In this document: positions 19,282-29,546 of the stretch, piece after piece
How positions within the stretch are numbered: the stretch's first letter is position 1
Layout: each line of letters starts with the position of its first letter
Assembly (NCBI GenBank): GCA_000965745.1
Contig: CP009479.1
Span: 1,440,001-1,504,000, forward strand
Direction of reading: 5' to 3'
Length of the DNA stretch: 64,000 nucleotides
From: an uncultured archaeon
GTDB lineage: Archaea > Thermoplasmatota > Thermoplasmata > Thermoplasmatales > Thermoplasmataceae
Position numbers and translations under genes: made by a program
Notes under the pieces: model-generated
Seen by the model: only the letters and a program-made list of their open reading frames with translations
The model's database searches: none
Told to the model about the DNA's origin: nothing

Positions 19282-22110
19282 ATGGAGAAAGAAACAGAAG
19301 AAAAATGGCAGGAGAAATGGGCTGAATCGAAGATATTTGAACCTTCCACAGATCCGGATAAAGAGAAATTCTTCATAACTGTGCCTTGGCCATATGTAAA
19401 CGGTTCCCTCCACGTTGGCCATGGGAGGACATACACCCTTGCAGACATAATTGCAAGATACAAGAGATCAGAAGGGTACAACGTTCTTTTTCCAATGGCC
19501 TTTCACCAGTCGGGAACACCTATTCTTGCTTTCTCACAGAGGCTGAGAATGGGGGACCCTTCAACTATAAAACTCTACAGAGACTATATACTCCAGTACG
19601 AAAGTGAAGAAAAGGTAGAGGAAAGGCTGAAGAGTTTTGAGGAACCAAAAAACATAGCTGACTATTTCTCAAAGGCTGTCATAAGCGATTTCAGGTCCCT
19701 TGGGTACTCAATCGACTGGACCAGAATCTTCACATCGGCTGACCAGGAATACCAGGAGTTTGTCAGATGGCAATTTGAAAAGCTGAACTCTCTCGGTCTT
19801 ATCAAGAAAGGGAGCTACCCTGTCCTGTACAGCAAGGTGGACGACAATGCCGTAGGCGAAGACGACATCAAGGATGGCGACACGGACAAAGTCTCCATAG
19901 AGGAATTCACCGGTGTAATATTCAAGGGAAACGCGTTCTCGCTTATAGCAGCGTCACTGAGGCCGGAGACAATTTTCGGGATAACCAATATCTGGATAGG
20001 AAAGGAACTCGACTATGTTGTGTGCAGGTTTTCAGGAAACAGCTATGTTGTGACAAAAGAATCATTCCAGAAACTCAAGCTTCAGATTCACGATGCCGAA
20101 TTAATAAGGGAGGTTCCAAACAGTGAGATTCTCGCACAGGAATATGAAGTTCCGGAAACTGGAAAGAAGGTCAGGGCACTCGAAACCACTTTTGTTGATC
20201 CAGACAACGGAACTGGCGTGGTCTACTCCGTCCCCGGGCATTCAATCTGGGATTACGTGGCACTTGATCCGGAGGAGAGGGAAAACATCCCGCGCATAAT
20301 AGAAATGCCCAAAAACCAGAACATGAATGTCGAAGGCCTTGTTAAAAAACTTCAAATTCAGTCTGTAAACGACAGGGAAAAACTACTGGAAGCTACTCAG
20401 ATCCTTTACAAAGATGAGTTTTACAACGGATTTATGAACAACGAATGCGGCCAGTTCGCGGGCATGTCTGTAAACGAGGCGAGGGAAAAAATAAAAGAGA
20501 CACTCCTTTCGGAAGGTAAGGCAATCAAATTTCTGGAGACTTCAAGGAAGGCTGAAACCAGGTCAGGATCCAAGGTTGTTGTCGCCGTTCTCCAGGATCA
20601 ATGGTTCATAGATTATTCCCCCGACTGGCTTAAAAAGAAAGCCCATGACCTTGTCAACTCAATGTACTATTATCCTGAATACTACAGAGCAGCCATGAAC
20701 GACGCAGTCGACTGGCTGAGGGAGAGGCCCTGTGCCAGAAGAAGGGGTCTGGGGACGAGGCTCCCTTTCGATGACAGGTGGATCATAGAATCCCTGTCTG
20801 ACTCTACAATTTATCCGGCAGTATACACATGCATACAGGAGCTGAAGAATATATATGCAGAGCTTGGAAAAATTCCGGACGACGTAACTGAATACATATT
20901 CTCGAGTGGTGATGAGAAGTTATTAGCCTCATACTCTGAAGCAGTGGCGGAAAATTGCAATAACGCAAGAAAACACTTTACTTACTGGTATGGCGTTGAT
21001 ATACGCCTGACAGCTTACCCTCACCTTTCAAACCACCTTTCATTCTATGTAATGAATCATGCCGCACTTTTCAAAGAACCATTTCTGCCCAAGGGGCTGA
21101 TAATATCGGGACTTGTTGTATCAAACGGTGCGAAGATTTCCAAAAGCAAGGGCAATGTAATCTCCCTAATGACCATTTCAAACCACTATTCCGCCGATAT
21201 CTACAGGCTCTATGTTGCCATTCAGGCCGACATACAATCCACTCTTGACTGGAATGAGAATGACCTCAGGACGATAATCAAGAAATATGACTCACTGAGA
21301 GAGCTGTTCGCCAGGATAGACCTAAACAAGAACGTCAACCCTTCATACATTGACCTTTGGTTCCTCGCTAGATTCAACAGAAGAATGGAGGATTTCAGGA
21401 AAAACATGGGCGGATTCAATATCAGGGCAGCATATGTGAGCATATTCTACGAAGTCCTGAACGATATCAGAAGGCTCGAGGCCAGGGGAGGGGACATGAA
21501 CACTTCAATGAAATATATAATCAGGGAGTGGCTTGTTGCACTTTCGGCTGCTATCCCGCATGTTTGCGAGGAACTGTGGCATGAGCATGTTGAAGACTCT
21601 TTTGTGAGTTCTGCCACCCTTACTTCAACAGCCAGGAATGCCCTGAATGAACTCTTCTCGTCAATGAAAGGGGAACTTGAAAAGATATTCCCCGCAGAAC
21701 TTATTTCATCAATAGAGGGCAACCATGAGAAGATTACTGACCTGCTGCTGTCGTCTGAGGAATACATTTCAGGAATTGAAAACGATATAAGGGAGATCAT
21801 CAGGGCCACTGGAATTTCGCCCAAGGGGATCGATGTGGCCGTTCCGGATGATAGCATTATCCAAGCCTCAAGACACCTGATCAATAACGAGAGGGACTCG
21901 CTCATGCCTGAACAGAAGCGCATGATCCCTGAGTTCATGAAAGTCAGGAAAAATATCTCTTTCCACGAATTTGATGAGTACTCCCTGCTGTCCAATAACT
22001 CTGAATACCTCGGGAAGGTGTTCTCTGCAACCGTCAAAGTGAAGAAGACGGGCCCGGTAATGAAGGGAAAGAACCCATGGCCGGGACGCCCGCTGATAAG
22101 GCTAGAGTAG
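19282..22110 (+). CDS. leuS: Leucine--tRNA ligase (archaeal type)
   Basis: PYVNGSLHVGH, LRPET/GTGVV editing domain, ESLSDSTIY, KISKSKGN. Confidence 0.96.
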   Translation: MEKETEEKWQEKWAESKIFEPSTDPDKEKFFITVPWPYVNGSLHVGHGRTYTLADIIARYKRSEGYNVLFPMAFHQSGTPILAFSQRLRMGDPSTIKLYRDYILQYESEEKVEERLKSFEEPKNIADYFSKAVISDFRSLGYSIDWTRIFTSADQEYQEFVRWQFEKLNSLGLIKKGSYPVLYSKVDDNAVGEDDIKDGDTDKVSIEEFTGVIFKGNAFSLIAASLRPETIFGITNIWIGKELDYVVCRFSGNSYVVTKESFQKLKLQIHDAELIREVPNSEILAQEYEVPETGKKVRALETTFVDPDNGTGVVYSVPGHSIWDYVALDPEERENIPRIIEMPKNQNMNVEGLVKKLQIQSVNDREKLLEATQILYKDEFYNGFMNNECGQFAGMSVNEAREKIKETLLSEGKAIKFLETSRKAETRSGSKVVVAVLQDQWFIDYSPDWLKKKAHDLVNSMYYYPEYYRAAMNDAVDWLRERPCARRRGLGTRLPFDDRWIIESLSDSTIYPAVYTCIQELKNIYAELGKIPDDVTEYIFSSGDEKLLASYSEAVAENCNNARKHFTYWYGVDIRLTAYPHLSNHLSFYVMNHAALFKEPFLPKGLIISGLVVSNGAKISKSKGNVISLMTISNHYSADIYRLYVAIQADIQSTLDWNENDLRTIIKKYDSLRELFARIDLNKNVNPSYIDLWFLARFNRRMEDFRKNMGGFNIRAAYVSIFYEVLNDIRRLEARGGDMNTSMKYIIREWLVALSAAIPHVCEELWHEHVEDSFVSSATLTSTARNALNELFSSMKGELEKIFPAELISSIEGNHEKITDLLLSSEEYISGIENDIREIIRATGISPKGIDVAVPDDSIIQASRHLINNERDSLMPEQKRMIPEFMKVRKNISFHEFDEYSLLSNNSEYLGKVFSATVKVKKTGPVMKGKNPWPGRPLIRLE

Positions 22111-22158
22111 GCGCGGGCAAGTGGCATAATTAATTATAATCAGGTATTATCAAAGAAT

Positions 22159-24132
22159 ATGAAATCCAAGTGGTCAGACAGAAACTTTCAGGACGATCTG
22201 GATGAACGCGTTTATTCTTCAAGGCTTCTGGGCCAGGATGAAACACTGGTCCTTCATGGCGGGGGCAACACCTCAGTGAAAACGGAAGAAACAGACCATA
22301 CTGGCAGGAAAGCCAGGGTGCTCAGGGTGAAGGGAAGCGGATCGAATCTTGCTACTATGGAGAGGAAAGGCTTTACCGGTGTCAGAATGGAAGATCTTCT
22401 GGCCGCTGAAAACATAGAAAAAATGACTGATCAGCAGATGGTGGATTATCTGAAGAAAAGCATGGTAGACCCATCAGAACCATCACCATCAGTTGAAACA
22501 TTCCTTCACGCATTCTTGCCATTCAAGTTCATAGATCACTCGCATTCGGACGCGATTCTGTCAATTACCAATACGGGGATGACTGCCGATGAGATAAGGA
22601 AGATTCTGCCAAGCGTGCTTGTTGTCCCGTACATTCCACCGGGCTTCAAGCTTGCAAAGGCAATGCTGAGCCATGTGGCATCAATAGACAAGAGTGTGGA
22701 AGGCATAGTGCTATCGAAACATGGTCTATTTACTTTCGGAGACACTGCCAGGGAGAGTTACGAAAGGCACATAAGAGTCGTTGACAAAGCTGAGAAATAC
22801 GTCGAAGAAAAGCTGAAGGGTGAAAGATTCAGGAAGGTTTACGACAAGGCGGACGAGAACGCAGTGGAGGAAGCACTCCCAATGATAAGGGGGAAGCTTT
22901 CAAAGGTCAGGAAGAAGATCCTCAGAGTGGACAGGGAAGGGGAAGCCCTGAAAATTTCCCTCTCGGAGGAGGGTAAAAAATTCAGCCAGTTCGGCCCCGC
23001 CACGCCGGACATGCTAATCAGGACAAAATACGACTATCTCTACATCGACAATGTGGAAAATGCAGCGGAACTAATTGAGAAGTTCGCTGAGAATTACAGG
23101 TCAGAGTATGGAAAATATGTGGAGGGATTCCCCATGCACGATCCGTACCCAGCAGTAATCGTGGTAAGGGGGTACGGCATCATAACCGCCGGAATTTCAG
23201 CAAAGGAAGCAGAAGTCATTCATGACCAGGTACTCCATACATTTCAAGTGAACTTCAACGCTTCCTCCCTTGGAAAGCATGAGTTCATCTCAAAGAAGAA
23301 AGCATACGACATGGAGTACTGGCCCCTTGAAGAGGCAAAACTAAAAAAATTCAAGCCGAAGCAGCTTCAGGGGACAGTCTCATTCGTTTCTGGTGCAGCC
23401 AGCGGAATAGGGCTTGAAGCGTTCAGGAAACTATCGGAAAACGGTTCAGTAGTCATAGCGTGCGATATTGATCCAGCAATGAAGGAGATAGCAGAAGAAG
23501 TGGAAAGGGAGACCGGAACACCTTCATTGCCATTCGTATTGGATCTATCAGACGAGGATGGTATAACCGGGATGTTCAGGATTGCTGTGAAAACCCTTGG
23601 GGGTGTTGACATTGTGTTCAACAATGCCGGGGTTCTTAAGAGCGCCCCATTTGACGAAGTGAATGTATCCGACCTAGACCTGCATTACAGGGTAAACTCA
23701 AGGGCGAGTTTCATTGTGTCAAGGGAAGCATTCAGGATAATGAAGAGGCAGGGAACCGGCGGAAATTTTGTCTTCAACATCACAAAGAATCTCCTCCATC
23801 CAGGCCCGGGAATGACCTCATACGGATCATCCAAGGCCTTTGCAGCACAAGTATGCCATTACATTGCCAAGGAAGGCGGAAAATATGGAATAAGGGCCAA
23901 TATCATCAACCCTGACAAGGTCTTCAAGGGGTCGAAGATATGGGAAAACGGAGTCCTGGAGGCAAGAGCAAAGGCAAAGGGCCAGACAGTTGAGGAATAC
24001 AAGACGCAGAACCTTCTGAGAAGGGAAGTCCTCCCGGAACACGTCGCCAATATGCTTCTTGCAATAGTCAATGAGGACATATTCGGGGCCACAACTGACG
24101 CGATGATTCCCATAGACGGAGGAGTAGTATAG
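22159..24132 (+). CDS. Bifunctional class II aldolase / short-chain dehydrogenase (RhaD-ADH-like)
   Basis: GGGNTSVK, VKGSG, PSVETFLH, HSH, HGLFTFG; C-terminal GAASGIG, NNAG, YGSSK. Confidence 0.9.
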   Translation: MKSKWSDRNFQDDLDERVYSSRLLGQDETLVLHGGGNTSVKTEETDHTGRKARVLRVKGSGSNLATMERKGFTGVRMEDLLAAENIEKMTDQQMVDYLKKSMVDPSEPSPSVETFLHAFLPFKFIDHSHSDAILSITNTGMTADEIRKILPSVLVVPYIPPGFKLAKAMLSHVASIDKSVEGIVLSKHGLFTFGDTARESYERHIRVVDKAEKYVEEKLKGERFRKVYDKADENAVEEALPMIRGKLSKVRKKILRVDREGEALKISLSEEGKKFSQFGPATPDMLIRTKYDYLYIDNVENAAELIEKFAENYRSEYGKYVEGFPMHDPYPAVIVVRGYGIITAGISAKEAEVIHDQVLHTFQVNFNASSLGKHEFISKKKAYDMEYWPLEEAKLKKFKPKQLQGTVSFVSGAASGIGLEAFRKLSENGSVVIACDIDPAMKEIAEEVERETGTPSLPFVLDLSDEDGITGMFRIAVKTLGGVDIVFNNAGVLKSAPFDEVNVSDLDLHYRVNSRASFIVSREAFRIMKRQGTGGNFVFNITKNLLHPGPGMTSYGSSKAFAAQVCHYIAKEGGKYGIRANIINPDKVFKGSKIWENGVLEARAKAKGQTVEEYKTQNLLRREVLPEHVANMLLAIVNEDIFGATTDAMIPIDGGVV

Positions 24133-25095
24133 TCAAAGGAAATGCCGGATAACCTTTGACATCTTGAAATCTATGCCAAACATCTCAAGGTCTTTCTTTG
24201 CCAGCCTTGCTGAACTCAAATCGGAAAGGCCCAGTTTTGTCCCGGACTGAATCTTGTATACAAGTGCCCTCAATTTTTCATAGTATCCAAACTCCCTGAA
24301 GAGTTTCGCCTTATAGTCTTCCGCGATCCTTTCAGGCTCACTATGCTTCTTCAAAGCCTGAAAGAGAAATTCTGCAGACTTTATCGAGGGGACTATTCCT
24401 TCGCCGCTGATCGGGGATACGGTCCCAACCGCCTCCCCCACTCCAATTATGTTGCCTCTGGAAACATTGTCAAACAGTGGGGCAAGCCTGATCATCCTGC
24501 CTGTTACAACTTCCCTGGCATAGCCGGATAATTTCTCGTTGATTATTTCAAGGCTGTCTGATCCTGCCCCGACATGGTACTTGCCGCCAAGTGGAAACTC
24601 CCAGAAATACCCATGGCCTCCCTCAAAGAAATAGAAGTAGAAATCGTCGTGGGCCGATCCCGGAGAAAGGTATTCCCTGGCATACATCCTGTAATCTTCA
24701 GGATGAGGCCCAAGCAGAGCCCTGCTTATTCCAGTGGCGTCCACCATTACGTCAGCATTTTCCATTTTTGCAGACGCCCCTCTGTGGAGTCCCCGAACCA
24801 TGTCCTCTTCAAGCCTTTTTTTCTCTATGGTGCACATCCCGCGGGCATTGAATGAGATCTCACCGAAATTATGGCCCGAAAATATTACATTCTGCGCCCG
24901 GCTCAAGACGTATTCCCCAATCCCCATCCCAATATTATTGAGGTAGGTGTCCAGGAGAAATTCGTTCGTGGCATAACCGCATGGGAGGTAGTAGCCCTCT
25001 CTCTTGGGGTCGTATGCAGAAACGTCAAACCCATCGTCATTGAGTCTTCTGAAGAGGTATGAACCCGCAACTCCTAATCCGGAAATATGGATCAT
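24133..25095 (-). CDS. Geranylgeranyl reductase-like FAD-dependent oxidoreductase
   Basis: GLGVAG, PCG, DATG, GYFWEFP, VGEAVGTVSPISGEGI. Confidence 0.75.
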   Translation of the reverse strand: MIHISGLGVAGSYLFRRLNDDGFDVSAYDPKREGYYLPCGYATNEFLLDTYLNNIGMGIGEYVLSRAQNVIFSGHNFGEISFNARGMCTIEKKRLEEDMVRGLHRGASAKMENADVMVDATGISRALLGPHPEDYRMYAREYLSPGSAHDDFYFYFFEGGHGYFWEFPLGGKYHVGAGSDSLEIINEKLSGYAREVVTGRMIRLAPLFDNVSRGNIIGVGEAVGTVSPISGEGIVPSIKSAEFLFQALKKHSEPERIAEDYKAKLFREFGYYEKLRALVYKIQSGTKLGLSDLSSARLAKKDLEMFGIDFKMSKVIRHFL

Positions 25096-25147
25096 GTTCC
25101 GTTACGCATATGATATATTCATTAAATTTCTTGGCATTTTGTTCAGG

Positions 25148-25915
25148 ATGTACTATCTTCTCAAATTCGGGTATGACGGCAGGTGCTTCACAGGGTATCA
25201 GCGCGGCAACGGGCATAGGAGCGTGGAAGACTCCATACTGGAGGCAATGGGGAAATATGGGATATCCGATAGCTTTTCAAGCGCAGCGAGAACGGACAGG
25301 GGAGTATCTGCAGCAGGCAATGTCATAGTCTTCAAGTCAGGCATGGAGATAGGCAAAATAACCGGGATATTGAATTCCCAGGTCAGGGGAATGATCTTTC
25401 ATTCATACGCCGAAGTTGACAGGAGCTTCAGGGTCAGGTTCTCAAGCATGAAGCACTACCGGTACTTTCTCAACAGCAGAGGTATTGATGCGGCCAGGTT
25501 CAGGAGGACCATGGGCATGTTCTCAGGAACTCACGATTTCTCCCTGTTTTCAAGAAAAGACTCAAGATCCCCGGTCAGAACCGTTGAAAGCGTATCGGTA
25601 ATCGAAAGGGATGGCTTTCTGGAGGTGAATATTTTCGGCCCTAATTTTGTCTGGAACCAGATTCGGTACATGGTAGGGTTTGCGAGATTCTACTCGGCCG
25701 GGAGTGAGGAGGTGCCATATCCGTTCGACCTTCAGCACCGGAAGTGGCCTCTTGCTGCATCGGATCCGCTCATTCTCATGAATATAGATTACAAGGATCT
25801 GGACTTCAAGAGATCTATCAACAAGAAGAAAGTTGGCTTATGGGGGCGTCAACTGATGGATCTGCGATTACACGCCGCAGTCCTGGACAGCATAATTAAC
25901 ATTGCGTATGAATGA
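25148..25915 (+). CDS. truA: tRNA pseudouridine(38-40) synthase (start re-assigned to ATG 25148)
   Basis: YDGRCFTGYQ, ARTDRGVSA (catalytic Asp), GTHDFS, FVWNQIR. Confidence 0.9.
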   Translation: MYYLLKFGYDGRCFTGYQRGNGHRSVEDSILEAMGKYGISDSFSSAARTDRGVSAAGNVIVFKSGMEIGKITGILNSQVRGMIFHSYAEVDRSFRVRFSSMKHYRYFLNSRGIDAARFRRTMGMFSGTHDFSLFSRKDSRSPVRTVESVSVIERDGFLEVNIFGPNFVWNQIRYMVGFARFYSAGSEEVPYPFDLQHRKWPLAASDPLILMNIDYKDLDFKRSINKKKVGLWGRQLMDLRLHAAVLDSIINIAYE

Positions 25916-25970
25916 TTCGCCAGGCCAGTCACCAACTTAAATATATTAGGTTGTAAAAACTAAAGGTAGA

Positions 25971-27176
25971 ATGAATTACCGGGTTCAGGCAGTTTCAATC
26001 AACGCCGCAAGGGCGGTGTATGCACTGAACTGGTTTGACATTGCACCCGGATTGAAATACATAGCACAGTCGCTGGATTTGCAGATAGTTCAGCTTGGCA
26101 TTGTCACTACAGGCTTCTATGTTGGCCTTGCATCCTTTCAGCTTTTCGGCGGATATTTCGCTTCCAGGATAGGCAACAGGAGGACTGAAACAATAGGGCT
26201 GCTGATACTCGGCTTTTCAGTAATGGGATCAGGCATTGCACCTAACCTGGGCATCCTGTTCCTGACGCGCCTTCTTGCTGGATTCGGCTCCGCGTTCTTC
26301 TTCTCCCCTGCACTTGGCATGCTCGCTGAAATAGTTCCAGATGAAAAGTACAGTTTCTACGTTGGGGCCTTCAACGGGTCTTTCAACATTGGCGCGGCAG
26401 TTGGTGTGCTTGGCTGGGTCTATATTGACGAAACTCTTGGCTGGAGGATAGGACTGATCATAGGCGGGGCAATGACAGTGGCCATGGCCATAGAGAACTA
26501 CCTTGTCCTAAGGGGTGTTGTAGTCCACACAAGCCGTGGGCGTGATCTTTTCACCAAGGTGAAGACGACACTCAGGGAACGGGCGATGTGGATACTCCCC
26601 ATCGCCGGTATCGGCAGCATGGTGTCTGAAACTGTCATGGGCCAGTTTTTCGTTTATTACGCCGAGCAGTCACTGAATTTCTCTCCATCGCTTTCAGGCT
26701 CCCTCGGCTTCATGTTTCTCATAGTGGGTTTCCTCGGAGGCATCATTGGAGGGTACCAGTATGGCAGGACAAAGCACAAGAACGCTACTTTTGTTTCAGT
26801 GCTCGTTCTTACGGGAGTCCTTACGATGGCGATTCCTTTCCTGTCCTCTCCCCTGTCGATTGCCATGCTGGCAGTACTGCTTGGTCTTGTCGTGGTAGAC
26901 GGGTTCTCTATACTGTACACAATAGCCGCTAAACTTGCACCTGATAAGTCTATGGTCTCATTCTCACTCTCTTTTGTCAACTTCATGCAGCAGGCAATCG
27001 GAGCAACTTTTCCATTCATTTTCACAAGTATAGTGTATTTCTCCGGCTACACTACCTCATGGGTGGTCATGGGTGCAATTTCGTTCCTGTCGGTCATTCT
27101 GTTTCCACTGGCAGCAGGGAAACACCAGAGACCTGTAAGCGGGGTGGCTAAAGTGGATTTTAATATTTACAAATAA
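25971..27176 (+). CDS. MFS transporter
   Basis: About 12 hydrophobic helices; GYFASRIGNRR MFS loop motif. Confidence 0.9.
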   Translation: MNYRVQAVSINAARAVYALNWFDIAPGLKYIAQSLDLQIVQLGIVTTGFYVGLASFQLFGGYFASRIGNRRTETIGLLILGFSVMGSGIAPNLGILFLTRLLAGFGSAFFFSPALGMLAEIVPDEKYSFYVGAFNGSFNIGAAVGVLGWVYIDETLGWRIGLIIGGAMTVAMAIENYLVLRGVVVHTSRGRDLFTKVKTTLRERAMWILPIAGIGSMVSETVMGQFFVYYAEQSLNFSPSLSGSLGFMFLIVGFLGGIIGGYQYGRTKHKNATFVSVLVLTGVLTMAIPFLSSPLSIAMLAVLLGLVVVDGFSILYTIAAKLAPDKSMVSFSLSFVNFMQQAIGATFPFIFTSIVYFSGYTTSWVVMGAISFLSVILFPLAAGKHQRPVSGVAKVDFNIYK

Positions 27177-27185
27177 TATCTAGCT

Positions 27186-28943
27186 GTGCAATTCAATTTT
27201 GTCAGCCAGAAGTTCAACGAACTGGACAAAACCACCAAAAGGCTCGAAATGACAGCCATACTCAAGGAACTGTTCCTTGAGGCCGATGAAGATCTCAAGA
27301 TGCTGGTTTACTTGATTCTGGGGAAAGTCGCACCTGATTTTGAAGGCATCGAATTCGGCATGGGCAACAAGTTGATAATCAACGCCCTCAGCAGCGTTTC
27401 AGGAAAGAGCGAAAAGGAAATATCAGGCATGTTTGCAAGAACAGGTGATGTGGGGTCCGTTGCACGCGACATAACCGCCGTGAAGAAGCAGAAATCCCTT
27501 GCCAGCGAGGAGCTCACGGTCAAATACGTTTTCAACTCTCTTAGGAAACTTGCTGATACAAGCGGCGCAGGAAGCGTGAAGGAGAAGGAGAGCATTTACT
27601 CTGACCTGATATTAAACGGAACTCCTGATGATGCCATGTACATCACCCGCGTGATTGCGGGAAAGCTAAGGCTCGGGGTATCGGACGCAACCGTTCTCGA
27701 TGCGCTTGTTGAGGCATTCTATGAAAAAACGGACAAATCCAGCGTGGAAACGGCCTACAATTTTCACCCGGACCTCGGGTACATTGCTGAATTACTAAGA
27801 GACAGGAAAATAGACCAGATCAAGAAAATTGGGCCGGAACCACTCATTCCATTCAAGGTCATGCTGGCAGAACGGCTTCCTGATATCGACCAGATCCTCG
27901 GAAAAATGTCTGGCGAAAAAGCTGCGTTCGAATTCAAGTACGATGGCCTCAGAGCCGGAATACACAAACTGGGTGACAGGGTGAGGATATTCTCAAGAGG
28001 AAATGAGGATACGACTTCACAATTCCCTGACATTGTTGAAAACCTGAAAAAGACATTCAGGGCAGAATCCGTTATTCTCGACGGAGAGGCAGTGCCATAC
28101 AACCCTGAAACCGGTGAGCTTTACCCGTTCCAGATGGTGTCACAGCGGAGGGGGAGGAAATACGATCTGGACGAGATGAAAGAGACTGTGCCAGTTGTCG
28201 TATTCCTTTTTGATATTCTGTATCTAAACGGTGAATCTCTGGTCTCAAAACCATACCTGGAGAGAAGGAGGACTCTTGAATCATTGTTCGAGGAGAACGA
28301 CTCATTCAAAATGGCCAGGTCTGTCGTTTCAGATGATCCGGGGGAAATTGAGAAGTTCTTTGAGGACTCAATAGAGCACGGGTGTGAGGGTGTAGTTGCA
28401 AAGAATGTCGGGCCAGAATCGGTGTACCGTGCAGGGTCTAGAGGCTGGTTGTGGATCAAGTTCAAGAGGGACTATCAGGCAGAACTTTGGGACGCACTGG
28501 ATCTTGTCGTTGTGGGCGCTTTCCATGGGCATGGCAGAAGAAAGGGAACCTACGGGGCACTACTCATGGCTTCATACAATAAAGAGAAAGACGTTTTCGA
28601 AACGGTGTGTAAACTGGGGACCGGGTTTACGGATGAAGTTCTTTTCAGCCTCCCGGATAAGTTTTCAGGCCTTGCACAGGACAGGAAGCCGCCAAACCTG
28701 GAATGTGAACTTGAGCCTGACGTCTGGATCTATCCGGAGAAGGTCATGGAAATCGTTGGTGCCGAGATTACTCTCAGTCCTGTGCATACGTGCGCTTTCA
28801 GCATGGTAAAAGAGGGTTCGGGACTCGCACTGAGGTTTCCAAGGTTCAATGGCAGATGGCGTGACGATAAAAGTCCCACTGATGCTACAACAACCAATGA
28901 AGTGCTGGAAATGTATAAAAACCAGAGTAGTAAAAATAAATGA
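27186..28943 (+). CDS. lig: ATP-dependent DNA ligase
   Basis: EFKYDG (motif I Lys), ILDGE, EGVVAK, WIKFKRDY, LRFPRF. Confidence 0.97.
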   Translation: MQFNFVSQKFNELDKTTKRLEMTAILKELFLEADEDLKMLVYLILGKVAPDFEGIEFGMGNKLIINALSSVSGKSEKEISGMFARTGDVGSVARDITAVKKQKSLASEELTVKYVFNSLRKLADTSGAGSVKEKESIYSDLILNGTPDDAMYITRVIAGKLRLGVSDATVLDALVEAFYEKTDKSSVETAYNFHPDLGYIAELLRDRKIDQIKKIGPEPLIPFKVMLAERLPDIDQILGKMSGEKAAFEFKYDGLRAGIHKLGDRVRIFSRGNEDTTSQFPDIVENLKKTFRAESVILDGEAVPYNPETGELYPFQMVSQRRGRKYDLDEMKETVPVVVFLFDILYLNGESLVSKPYLERRRTLESLFEENDSFKMARSVVSDDPGEIEKFFEDSIEHGCEGVVAKNVGPESVYRAGSRGWLWIKFKRDYQAELWDALDLVVVGAFHGHGRRKGTYGALLMASYNKEKDVFETVCKLGTGFTDEVLFSLPDKFSGLAQDRKPPNLECELEPDVWIYPEKVMEIVGAEITLSPVHTCAFSMVKEGSGLALRFPRFNGRWRDDKSPTDATTTNEVLEMYKNQSSKNK

Positions 28944-28990
28944 ACCCGGCCAACACAGGCCAGGTTTGTAGATTTATAATGGCAATATGC

Positions 28991-29455
28991 TTAATCGTAT
29001 GATTCTGAAGAATCTGAATACCTGTCTCTGCCGCCGCCGCCGTTGAAGTTTCTTCTTCCTCTTCCTCCACCGCCGCCGCCACCGCGGTACCTGAACTGGT
29101 TCTCGTATTCCTTCTCGCTCATGTCCAGTTCTTCGTTGACTTCGGATACTTCTTCAGTTGAATCGCTGAGTGAACCATATTTTCCGACGTTAAGTCTCAT
29201 ATGGCCTCTCACCAGTGATATGTAACCATTGTCAATGTATATGGTCCTTCCGTCAGAAGCCTGATCTGCCTGACTACCCCAGAGTGACAGAATAACCTTT
29301 CCGGTCTCGTCCCCTATGATAACCTCAGTTACAGATTTCTGTTCGCCAAATCTGGTCTGGATCTCTTTTGGCTCGCCTACTGATACAACCTTTCCAAGAA
29401 CATTTACTCTTCTGGAAGAAGGTGTAAGGTCTTTTATTTTGGTATTGCCTTCCAT
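28991..29455 (-). CDS. ssb: Single-stranded DNA-binding protein (single OB fold, crenarchaeal type)
   Basis: KIKDL, GDETG..LSLW, LNVGKYG; Gly/Arg-rich tail with an acidic tip. Confidence 0.88.
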   Translation of the reverse strand: MEGNTKIKDLTPSSRRVNVLGKVVSVGEPKEIQTRFGEQKSVTEVIIGDETGKVILSLWGSQADQASDGRTIYIDNGYISLVRGHMRLNVGKYGSLSDSTEEVSEVNEELDMSEKEYENQFRYRGGGGGGGRGRRNFNGGGGRDRYSDSSESYD

Positions 29456-29546
29456 TTTGTATTACTTCCTTTTGTCTAAAAAAGACTATCCTCCATTTTT
29501 GATAGATATATATACCTTTCTTTAAAATTGACATTAGGCTCCCAAT

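Noticed and set aside
21447-22127. 226-aa minus-strand ORF
   Set aside because: Ser-rich antisense shadow of leuS
25004-25147. Extended truA N-terminus
   Set aside because: Overlaps the divergent GGR-like gene; TruA motifs begin at 25148
29030-29085. GCC/CCG-rich short repeats
   Set aside because: Simply encode the poly-Gly/Arg tail of SSB
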